18,309 nucleotides of DNA. It comes from Vitrella brassicaformis CCMP3155. Lineage: Eukaryota > Protista > Chromerida. Both the position numbers and the translations under genes were made by a program. Shown in pieces: positions 10,256 to 18,309 of this stretch. The notes under the pieces are model-generated. The model searched no databases. It was not told where the DNA came from and saw only the letters and a list, made by a program, of their open reading frames with translations. The DNA is taken from assembly GCA_001179505.1 (NCBI GenBank), contig CDMY01000810.1:1-18309 (forward strand), given 5' to 3'. The first letter of the stretch is position 1. Each line of letters starts with the position of its first letter.

Positions 10256-10488
10256 CACAAGGACCACCCAGCATTCATCACTTCTGAACAATTAAGCTTG
10301 AACACACACAAACATACAGTGCAGTACCCGCACTCCCTCCTCCCGAAGAAGAAGACCGACAGCTGCTGGCAGTGCTGGGATGAGTCCGGTGAGGGGATAA
10401 CAGTGTGCAGGCCAGCGGGCGGCTGCTCACCCCCGCCCTCACTCCTGGTGGAGGGGCTGCTGCCTGACACTGAAGGGGACGCCGACAT
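3400..10488 (-). CDS. Large protein of about 30 exons: RCC1 repeats + PGPGxY (SHIPPO-like) repeats + coiled coil + IQ motif; probably ciliary/cytoskeletal
   Basis: ATG 10488 (MSASPSVSGSS...). Exons join in consistent phase except one junction near 6900 that I could not resolve. RCC1 blades, e.g. VTHVACGSAHTLALTAEGKVFAFGKNNT|GQLGVG and IRSIACGRSHSVFIDDTHTLYAAG|ESNRAQLGLG; then LGPGRYNL, VGPG|VYNV, TPGPGEY; a coiled-coil-like stretch (EARRARLQQYRQKQMEEK); LRK|IQRSWRVRVASLR. TGA at 3400-3402, with a possible alternative spliced end at 3065. Confidence 0.8.
4836..4874 (-). other. IQ calmodulin-binding motif
   Basis: The exon starting at 4874 reads IQRSWRVRVASLR, preceded after splicing by YLLCLRK. 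It fits a relaxed IQxxxR...R consensus. Confidence 0.6.
5993..6022. repeat. 30-bp sequence identical to 6735-6764, in a different intron of the same gene
   Basis: acacacacacacatgtgtctgtatcggtgg occurs at both positions. Confidence 0.85.
6199..6690 (-). other. Three PGPGxY-type (SHIPPO/ODF3/STPG-like) repeats
   Basis: GALGPGRYNL (~6661-6690); AGVGPG|VYNV (split by an intron, ~6397-6490); FPTTPGPGEY (TPGPGEY at 6199-6219), followed after splicing by KMTHSVLYTRAPSLSF, which matches the typical PGPGxY...APxFSF pattern. Confidence 0.6.
7810..10360 (-). other. RCC1/BLIP-II beta-propeller region (about 7 blades) of the large gene
   Basis: Spliced motifs: VSVACAR|RACAVVGESGSVFCWG; VDSVAMG|ATHAVLLTAHHAFVMGSNQ|FGQLGLG; LRAAAC|GDHHTVCVTRAHRVFVFG|EGSFGRLGL; VTHVACGSAHT...GQLGVG; IRSIACGRSHS...AQLGLG; VVRAACGEEFTVCL. 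These fit the canonical RCC1 consensus (I/V)xx(I/V)(A/S)CGxxHxxxLxxxGxVxxWGxNxxGQLG. Confidence 0.9.
9766..9801. repeat. Perfect 13-bp inverted repeat, (CAGA)n/(TCTG)n hairpin, inside an intron
   Basis: cagacagacagac (9766-9778), a 10-nt loop, then gtctgtctgtctg (9789-9801). Confidence 0.9.
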
Positions 10489-10583
10489 GCGCAGAACACA
10501 AATCGGTGTGGGCAACGTGGGGGCTGAGACGGGACTCGGAGAACTGCAAAGCTTGCATCTCCGGAGAAACCGCTGAGGGCATT
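10489..10583. promoter_or_regulatory. Very short head-to-head intergenic region, putative bidirectional promoter
   Basis: Only 95 bp separate the minus-strand ATG at 10488 from the plus-strand ATG at 10584. Start codons are inferred from exon models. Confidence 0.5.
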
Positions 10584-13500
10584 ATGTACGGCTTCTACAC
10601 CAGCAAGCGGCCGCCGCTCATCGCAGTCAAGGTGAGATTAGATCACACGAGAAGAGAGAGAGGGAAGTTCGCCTCACTGCGCTCACATCACAGCGTGGTG
10701 TGGTGTGGTTTGGTGTGCTGCAATCAGGAAGATGAGTCTGAGCGGAGAGGAGAGGGTGGCGACAAGGCGGCAGAGCAGGCCGCCGATGGTGGTGCCAACA
10801 GCGGCAAGAATGACGGCGGCGAGAAGGAGGACAATGAGAACGAAGACGACGAGGCTGCTGCCCTGTTTGAAGCACTCGCAGCCAACAGGTACCTAGATGA
10901 ATTGACTGACTGACGCTGTGTGTGCTGTCCGCGATGCATTGCCTGCAGCACACAGAACACACAGACAGACAGCAGTGAGTGATCGGTCATTATGGTGTTC
11001 TGTTGTGTGTGTGCAGGGGTGGTTCATCCTCCCATCATGCCCACCGCGAGTCCTATGAGTCGTCAGTCCCGGCCGAAGCGCTGACCTCCTTCGCCAGAAG
11101 AGATGCTGGGGTAGGTGACACAAGCCGCCCACAAACCCATACACACAGACACACACAGACACAGCACACGAGTGACACTGCTGGACTGTTGAACTCGTGT
11201 GTGTCTGTTCTGTGTGGCATCTGTTTGCAGGAGGCGCAGGCATCGTTTGACCACATATCCCTGGCCATGTCCCACCTGCACAAGAGCACCCCCACACACC
11301 TTCTGCCAACATTGCCATCAGCGGCACCATCGGCATCGCTATCGTCCACCAGCCGCCCGCCATCTGCCATGCCGCAGCACGGCTGGAGGTGGTACTTCGA
11401 CGCGCTGCCAGCATTGCTGGGCAGCAGGGCCACGAATGCCTTCAGACAGACGTACGCTGTTGTTTGAGAGGGAGAGGGAGAGGGAGCGAAATTTGTGTGT
11501 GTGAGGTATGCTATGCTTTTTGTTGTTGTGTAAGGTTGGAGGAGCTTGCGCGTGAGCTGATGCTGCCTGACAGGCGATTCGCGCTGCGGATGAAGGACCA
11601 CATGGGTGGGGGGAGGGGGTCATGCCGCATCGCACCGCACCGCAGAGACACGCTCACACGCACACGTTAGTTAGTTGTCTACACATCACTGGCTGCAGGT
11701 CGGCTGATGGCCTTGTTGGGGCGGTGTGTCCGGGCCCTCCCGCGACAAGACCTCGTAAGTGATATATATCACGGCCGTGCACAGCCGTATGCATAGCGTA
11801 GGTGGATGGATGGACGATCCCGACGGACGGACGATGTGTGCGCGTCGTGTCGTCAGGATCTCTTTGGCCTGGTGGTTGCCGCCTACTACAATATATCACT
11901 CGACCGAGTGAGTGCAGTGCGGGAGTCACGCACGCACACAAGAAAAGTGCCCCTGCATCCGATGCTCATCGTGTTCGTGTTGCCAGAGCGCCCTGGAGGA
12001 CCTTTTGAAGGATGGGGGCCAGGTGGCGCTGCTCTACCTGCTGCACCTCTCCTTCTACCTCCCATCCGACACAATGACCACATCCCCATCACTGCATCAA
12101 CAGCAGCACAGCGGCGGGCCCTCAATCACCGTCAGCAAAGCAGCGGCGGAGGTACAGTACAGCACCACTCACTCCACCTCTCACATCCACGCAGGCAGCC
12201 ACACACACTGTCTGCTCTGCAGGATTCCCAAGAGTTGATGGGATCGCCATCGCGACAGTCGCAGGACAACGAGAGCATGGCGGGGGCTGCTGGCGGCATG
12301 GGTATGCTCAAGCGGCGCAAGACCAATCCGCTCAAGAGAGAGAGGACCGAGGGCGGCTCCTCAGCAAGCGGATGCGACTCGCCTGAGTGAGCAATGAGTT
12401 TCATTCTCCTTCCCCCCAGCCCCAGCCCCAGCCCCAGCCCCACACACAGACACACTCACCCTTCCGCGTGTGTGTGTGCGTGCGTGCGTGTGTGTGTGTG
12501 TAGGCTTTACGGGAAGCAGCTGCGATCGCCTTCCCCCGCCCCATCTGCATGCTCGAGTGCGTCGTCACGCTCGCCTCTACGGCACTTCCTCAAGCGCAGC
12601 AGAAGCGACAAGACCACCACCAGCAGCGGCGACAAGAGACACACACTCCCACAATCACACCCACATATGGCCATGACAAACACGAATCCACTCGAGGTCC
12701 GCACACACACACACACACACGGCGATCTGATCCATCTCTCTCTTCATGTGTGTGTGTGCGTCAGCCGGTTCCTGAGTGTCAGCATCAGCACCACCCCGCC
12801 CCCCCGATGCATCCGCGCGTCCGTGCGCTGCTGGCCAAGTGCCGCAAGCCGCGGAGGGGCGACATGGACTTCTCATGCGTGGGGGAGGGTGGCAGTGGCA
12901 GTGGTACGAGAGAGGTGGTCATGATGCTCATGCAGACCATTCACAGGGCGCTGCTGCATCGGCACTACCCCGGCAGTAACACCAGGTCAGGGCGCCCAGG
13001 TGCCGCGCCCGACGATCCACAGGGCACAGGGAGTGCATGTGGTTCATTCGTTTGTATGTTCAGTCCTCACGTATTGATGGCCTTCAAGTTCGCCGCCTCT
13101 CTGCTGCGCCACTTCTACCCCTTTATCGTGGACGACATGCTCACCGCCATAGCCACACCGCCCATACCCGACAGCACACGTACGCACACACATAACACAT
13201 ACTTGTAAGAGAGCTACACAGACAAACATCCACACGTGTGTGGGGCCTTCTAACTTTGCAGCAGCAGGGACCGTGATTAGCACGCGGCTGCCCTTCTGGC
13301 TGTCTCTACTGGAGCTGGCCTCAGACAGCGACTTCATGCACACCAAGGAGAAGCAGGACGCCATCCACAACCAGATGCGCACACAGACCCAGGGAGAGGG
13401 CTGGGGTGGTGGTGCCGACGAGTCCGTCTTCTCCTCCCTCCTGGACACCTACACATACGACCCACACGCGCATGACGGCGGGGCCATGGCGGCGGCTGCT

Positions 13501-15596
13501 GGTGGTGGACGTGGTGGTGGCGGTGGCGGTGCTGGTGATGCTGATGCCCGATCCCCCGCAGCTCTTTCTTCATGTGTCATTGAGCGATTGCGGGGGTTCG
13601 GCAACCTGCCATTCGCACAGGTGCGGACCCATTCACCCACCCACACATACACACAAGCTGACATGTACGTCTCTCTCTCTCCCCCCACTCTCTCTCTCTC
13701 TCTCTCTTGCGTGTGTGTGTGTGTGTGGTGTGTGTGTGGAATGCAGCTGTATTGCATCATCTGGGAGGTGGTGTGCCGGTCCAGGTCCGACAGCACCACC
13801 AGCACCACCACCAGCAGCAGCAGCAGCAGTGATGCTCACCCACTGCTCGCCCCGTGCGTCAAGATCCTCAGCAACCTGACGATCAAGTCGGCCAGGTGGT
13901 GCCACGCACTCATGGCCAACATCAACAGAAACAGAGTACTCCCACCGACACACACACAGAGAGGCCCCCTCACCCTATGGATGTTATGGGCAGGTGTCCC
14001 AGGTCTTCGCGCATCATCGTGAGAAGGCGCGGCAGGTCCTGACTTGTGTGGTTGACGGCCCGTCCCTCGCGCAGTCGCTTGTGGGTCTGCTGGAGGGCCG
14101 CGCGGCCATGGCTGACGTCGACCTGCGCATCATGCTCATGAACTGCCTCATCAACTTTGCTGACAGGTGGGTGTGTCTGAGGGTGAGAGAGGATGCACAC
14201 ACCCCCATGTGTGTGAGTGTGTGTGCGGGTGTTTAGGTGTGCGGCGCACCGCAGCTATCTGCTCAACTGTCGCGTGACCACTGCGGGCGCTTTTCAATGG
14301 AGCGGCTGGAAGGACGACATTGAAGAACGGCCACAGCAGCGGGCCGCTGCTGCTGCTGCGGCGGCGGCGGCGGCTGCTGCTGATGATGGTGGTGGTTCTG
14401 AGCAGCAGCAGCAGCAGCAGCAGCAGGATCTGCTGACGGCTCTGTGCCGCACACACACGGCCCTCTACGAAGAGCTGTGTGCCAAGGAGGACCTGATCAT
14501 CGACGAGACGCCATCCAAAGCGGTGGAGGAGCCGGGTGAGCGAGTGCCACCCCTGCACTGCACTGACGTGACGTAGGTGCTCATGGGTGGTGCAGGTGAG
14601 GAGGACGACGTGTTGTCTGGTGTGGGTGTTGATGCGGCGGGTGTGAGTGCGGCGATGGGTGTGGGTGAGGTCATGATGCAGAACCACTTCACCATGGCGT
14701 ACGTGGCGCTGCTCATCGGATGCATCGCACACAAAGACACACAGGTAGCAGCAGACGGCGAACCGAACCGAACCGAACCATTGCCTGCACACCTCTCACT
14801 CGTGTGGATGGATGGCTGGTGGCTGCAGGTGTACAGGACCACCATCAGTCGCCACGTCAAACCCGACACCCTGCTGCACACGCTGCGGCTTTTCGTGGTC
14901 TTCCAAGACAAGGCCGCCCTCCTGACCCTCCCACACCTGCTCGCCATCAAGTGCGTCATGACCTCCATCGCAACACACATCCAGCAAGGTGGTCACGGCG
15001 GCCAAGCGGCACACGACAGCACCATGGAAGACACTGCACCACCACCACCACCTGGCCCACAGCCCCCACCCATTCTCACCAGACACCAGCAGCAGCAGCA
15101 GCAGCAGGATCCTGCCCTGCCCCTCCCACCCTCTCCCCCTCCCAAGCCCCCTCTCCGTGCGTCATGTAATGAAGAAATGGCAGCAGCGGCTTGCGTGTCA
15201 CAAGACGCCAACATGATGATGGTGGACAGCACCGACACACCAGTGGAGGAGCAACAGCCCAACAACAAGCCAACCAACCACCTCAACCACCCCCTCCCCA
15301 GCCCACCGTCGCCCGAGGGCAAGGCCAAGTCACGCCGGCAGTCGTCACGCGACAGGCGCGCGAGCCCATCGACAGGCGAGGGATGGACCTCGCCCCTGCT
15401 GCCGCCTGCTGCCCCACCACCACCACCACTACCACCACGCAAGGGTGGTGGTCTGCCTGTTCCAAGCCCACCCATTTGGGCCCAGAGGGGCAATGTGGAT
15501 GTGAGTATGGACGCCGGTGCTGATGTGGATGCGCCTCGGCTGAAGCGGCGGTCGTCGAGACAAAGGGCCGAGGGGGTGGCTGCCGTGAATGGGTGA
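10584..15596 (+). CDS. WAPL: WAPL (wings apart-like) cohesin release factor homolog, about 18 exons
   Basis: Exon 1 10584-10631 (MYGFYTSKRPPLIAVK|GTGAGA), exon 2 10728-10888, then phase-consistent exons to TGA 15594-15596. WAPL-like segments recognised from recall: EAQASFDHISLAMSHL; FALRMKDHMG; CVKILSNLT; LMNCLINFAD; and the C-terminal TMAYVALLIGCIAHKDTQ|VYRTTISRHVKPDTLLHTLRLFVVFQ, comparable to human 'VASYTALLLGCL...MLKKFLSF' and plant 'EAYAALLLAFL...VLERFVAF'. Confidence 0.75.
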
Positions 15597-15753
15597 TGGG
15601 TTAACTGGGTGGGGTTGGCACAGGGAAGGTACACACACATTCATTAGGTGTAGCTGACCGATCTCGGTTTTGCCTTTTCTGCCGATGTAGTTGTAGCCAT
15701 GGGTGGGGATGGGGACACACAACACACACACACACATGGGAGGGGGGAGGGGG

Positions 15754-16053
15754 NNNNNNNNNNNNNNNNNNNNNNNNNNNNNNNNNNNNNNNNNNNNNNN
15801 NNNNNNNNNNNNNNNNNNNNNNNNNNNNNNNNNNNNNNNNNNNNNNNNNNNNNNNNNNNNNNNNNNNNNNNNNNNNNNNNNNNNNNNNNNNNNNNNNNNN
15901 NNNNNNNNNNNNNNNNNNNNNNNNNNNNNNNNNNNNNNNNNNNNNNNNNNNNNNNNNNNNNNNNNNNNNNNNNNNNNNNNNNNNNNNNNNNNNNNNNNNN
16001 NNNNNNNNNNNNNNNNNNNNNNNNNNNNNNNNNNNNNNNNNNNNNNNNNNNNN
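15754..16053. other. Assembly gap (300 N)
   Basis: Run of N from 15754 to 16053. Confidence 1.
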
Positions 16054-16157
16054 TGGGTGGGTCAGTTAGTCCAACCAGTGAGACAATTAAGAGGCGGAAG
16101 GGTGTGTGTGTTGGTCCGCCAGCTCGTCGAACGTCAGCGGTGGGAGGGGCGTCTGAC

Positions 16158-16267
16158 CTGAGGCCTTCAGCTTCGCCCCTCTCACTGCTGTCGATCGACG
16201 AGTTGGCGGCCCAGCTCTGCGATGGCAGAGCTCCCTCCGTCCGCGACCGAGTGATGATCTCGACCAA
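16158..16267 (-). other. Possible orphan exon of an unresolved gene next to the gap
   Basis: Flanked by ACAACAG| (16268) and |GTCAGA (16157); reads LVEIITRSRTEGALPSQSWAANSSIDSSERGEAEGL. No start codon or partner exons could be assigned. Confidence 0.25.
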
Positions 16268-16756
16268 CTGTTGTGTGTGTTGTAAGTATGGGTACCATTA
16301 AAGGAACGACCGTAGCTCGTACGTTGTGGTGGGATTGATGTAATGTGTGTGCTGGCAGTTCGTGCGGTGTGGTGTGGTGTGGTGTCTGTTGTCAATATGG
16401 CTGCTCCTGCTTGCTTCCCGCCTCTCAGCCATGGCCAGCCCCAACTTGCTGCTGACACTCACTGTCAGTGTGTCGCTGAGACAAATCCATGCCTTCAGTC
16501 TGTCTGAAATACAGTGTCGGGTTCCTCACACCATCAAGACGTCACGCACACCATCAAGAGCTCTTCTCATGCAGCAGAACAGCACAGAATGAAGCACCCT
16601 ACAGCGAGCAGCAATGCGACCACGCATCCTGGTGCCGTGAAACTACACGCCGTCGACCAACACAGCAGATCGACAGACACCGACAGACACACCGACAGAC
16701 ACACGGACACCCCATGGTGCTCACAGCCTTCCACGGCATACATACACTCGGCTCAG

Positions 16757-17137
16757 TCACTCGAGCCGCAGCTCCACCCACTCTCTGACTTCTCCGTCGC
16801 CCTCCGTCATGATCTCGACCAGCAAGTCGAACAGCACCTTCTCGTGGCTCGGGTGGTAGTAGTAGTTGAAGTGCTCCTTGGATAGCTCGTGGTTCTTCCA
16901 CACAAGGACAAATGGCCCGTCCGGCCAGAAGTATTCGCGGAAGACGTCGTTGAGGGCGTCCAGATTCCGCCCGAACCACGATGGCAGCGGCATGGCGGCC
17001 ATAAGGGCATCGTAGAAGCCGTCCAGGGTGCTGAAGTCAGCCCCGTCTATCTCGTAGATGGGCTTGTCTGTCGTTTGGCTCATCCCGTGAAGAACAAGGA
17101 AAAGAAGCGGAAGTGCCAAAGATGGGAGCGGCCGCAT
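16757..17137 (-). CDS. Barstar (barnase inhibitor) family protein, intronless, with a possible N-terminal signal peptide
   Basis: MRPLPSLALPLLFLVLHG-MSQTTDKPIYEIDGADFSTLDGFYDALMAAMPLPSWFGRNLDALNDVFREYFWPDGPFVLVWKNHELSKEHFNYYYHPSHEKVLFDLLVEIMTEGDGEVREWVELRLE*. Hallmark barstar motifs: IDG..F, FGRNLDALND, FxLxWKN, FDxLVEI, VELxLE. ATG 17137 gives 126 aa; an alternative ATG at 17083 gives 108 aa. The ORF-track start at 17263 lies in antisense RT sequence. Confidence 0.88.
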   Translation of the reverse strand: MRPLPSLALPLLFLVLHGMSQTTDKPIYEIDGADFSTLDGFYDALMAAMPLPSWFGRNLDALNDVFREYFWPDGPFVLVWKNHELSKEHFNYYYHPSHEKVLFDLLVEIMTEGDGEVREWVELRLE

Positions 17138-17158
17138 GATGTGGGGGAAGTGTTGTAA

Positions 17159-18309
17159 TGCAGCAATCGCACCTCGTGCTGTCTGTGGAGCTGTGAAGGC
17201 GTCACACAGGGCGATTCGATGGCGATGTTCGTCTACGCCTGCGGCAGCCTTCCCCTCATCCATGCCCTGCGGGCTGCCTGCGCTGAGGAGGGATATGAGA
17301 TGCCGTCGAGTGGGGCATGGGATGAGTCAGGCAGCGATGGGTCTGGGTCAGACATGGACGAGAACGAAAACGCGCCATCAGAAGCGCAAGAGAGGCCAGA
17401 AGAAGCCAGTGACACGCCACCAGAAGCAGAGGGGGATGGTGCGGGTGTATGTGTGTGTTCTGATGTAGAAGGTGTTGGAGTTGGTGAGGAGGAGAGTTTG
17501 TCGGCCTCGTCAGCCCCGTCGGCCTCTTCATCTAGCGCTTCGCTGCGGCAGTGCTGGTATGCGGATGACTCGTCGGCGCTCGGCAAACTTCACGGCATCC
17601 TCGTGTGGTTTCGAGCCCTGCGTCGCATCGGTCCCTCATACGGCTATCACCCAGAGACCGCCAAGTCCTTCCTCGTCGTCAAACCCGAGCTCGAGCAGAT
17701 CGCAAGGGAACTCTTCGAGCCCGAGGGGGTGCAGATCGTCACGGGCAAGAGGTTCCTGGGCGGCTACGTGGGCGATGAGGGGGGAAGGGCGGCGTTCCTC
17801 TGCGAGAAGGTCGAGGGGTGGGTGCGCGGCGTGCGCGCGCTCACGTCTGCTGCCCGCAACTTCCCACACACGGCCCACGCGGCAATGACGAGGTCTCTGC
17901 AGATGGAGTGGGACTACGTCTTTCGTGTCGTGCTCACCGACGAGTGCGCTCTCAGCCCCCTCCGCGAGGCCATCGCCAAGGAGCTGCTGCCGGCCCTCCT
18001 CGGCGGCCCTGTGACGCCGTCCGAGGTCGACCTGATGCTGCTGCCTGCCCGGCATGGCGGCACCGGCATACGTGACCCTCTCGACCGTGCCGCAGCCGCC
18101 TACCCCGCTTCCCGCGCGAGCACCAAGGTGGTCTCCAAGTCCGTCCAAGGCAAGGCTCCGTTCCACCCTGGCGACCATCGTGCCACCATCCGCCACGCCC
18201 TCACCCGGAGCAAGCAGCAGCAGGACGTCGCCCACAAGACCAAGAGGGAGGCCGCCCTGCCGCACATCGACCGCCGGCGCCATCGCGTCCTCTCCCGCAG
18301 CGCCGAGTA
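17159..18309 (+). mobile_element. 5'-truncated CRE-clade non-LTR retrotransposon, RT C-terminal half and downstream region; runs off the right edge
   Basis: A single frame is open from 17159 (after TAA 17156-17158) to the window end: CSNRTSCCLWSCEGVTQGDSMAMFVYACGSLPLIHALRAAC-[87 aa acidic]-LRQCWYADDSSALGKLHGILVWFRALRRIGPSYGYHPETAKSFLVVK...KRFLGGYVG...SLQMEWDYVFRV...LMLLPARHGGTGIRDP... QGD at 17207 and WYADD at 17555-17569. GPxYGY and LPARxGGxGI are typical of CRE-like RTs. Confidence 0.92.

Noticed and set aside
15644-16301. ORFs spanning the N gap
   Set aside because: Their length is an artefact of Ns translated as X.
16527-16560. Direct repeat cacaccatcaaga x2 and (cgacagacac)-type repeats near 16670-16700
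   Set aside because: Short local slippage duplications in the probable barstar 3'UTR, with no evidence of function or of being a TSD.
17138-17263. N-terminal extension of the barstar ORF (MDEGKAAAG...FPHI) in the ORF track
   Set aside because: It is mostly the antisense of the RT QGD region (element frame from 17159), so it is unlikely to be true barstar coding sequence.
17233-17586. Minus-strand acidic/Ser-rich ORF (117 aa) as an independent host gene interrupted by the element
   Set aside because: The same bases form the in-frame insert on the plus strand, flanked on both sides by contiguous RT motifs. The minus ORF is best explained as its shadow.
17636-18283. 215-aa minus-strand ORF
   Set aside because: Antisense shadow of the GC-rich RT reading frame; no recognisable motifs.
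1-18309. CRISPR arrays, rRNA/tRNA genes, prokaryotic operon or defence island
   Set aside because: No repeat-spacer arrays or RNA-gene signatures were seen. The repeats are simple intronic microsatellites and the gene structure is spliceosomal.

Overview
Intron-rich, GC-rich eukaryotic DNA whose short introns are full of (CA)n/(TG)n/(GA)n repeats. This style resembles an alveolate such as the chromerid Vitrella; that attribution is inference only. The ORF track is mostly noise because the real genes are heavily spliced, so I rebuilt them by hand from GT/GC-AG sites and reading phase. From left to right: (1) a 5'-truncated CRE-clade non-LTR retrotransposon fragment running off the left edge (minus); (2) three small hypothetical genes, one resembling a Crinkler/ubiquitin-like header and one a SAM-like domain; (3) a ~7 kb minus-strand gene of about 30 exons combining RCC1 repeats, PGPGxY (SHIPPO-like) repeats, a coiled coil and an IQ motif; (4) head-to-head with it, 95 bp away, a ~5 kb plus-strand WAPL-like cohesin-release gene; (5) a 300-N gap; (6) an intronless bacterial-type barstar-family gene with a possible signal peptide; (7) a second 5'-truncated CRE-like element, absent from the ORF track because it runs off the right edge. 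Its reverse transcriptase has an in-frame, stop-free, 87-aa acidic insertion between the QGD and YADD motifs. The strongest novelty candidates are the eukaryotic barstar, the RT insertion and the RCC1-SHIPPO-IQ architecture.
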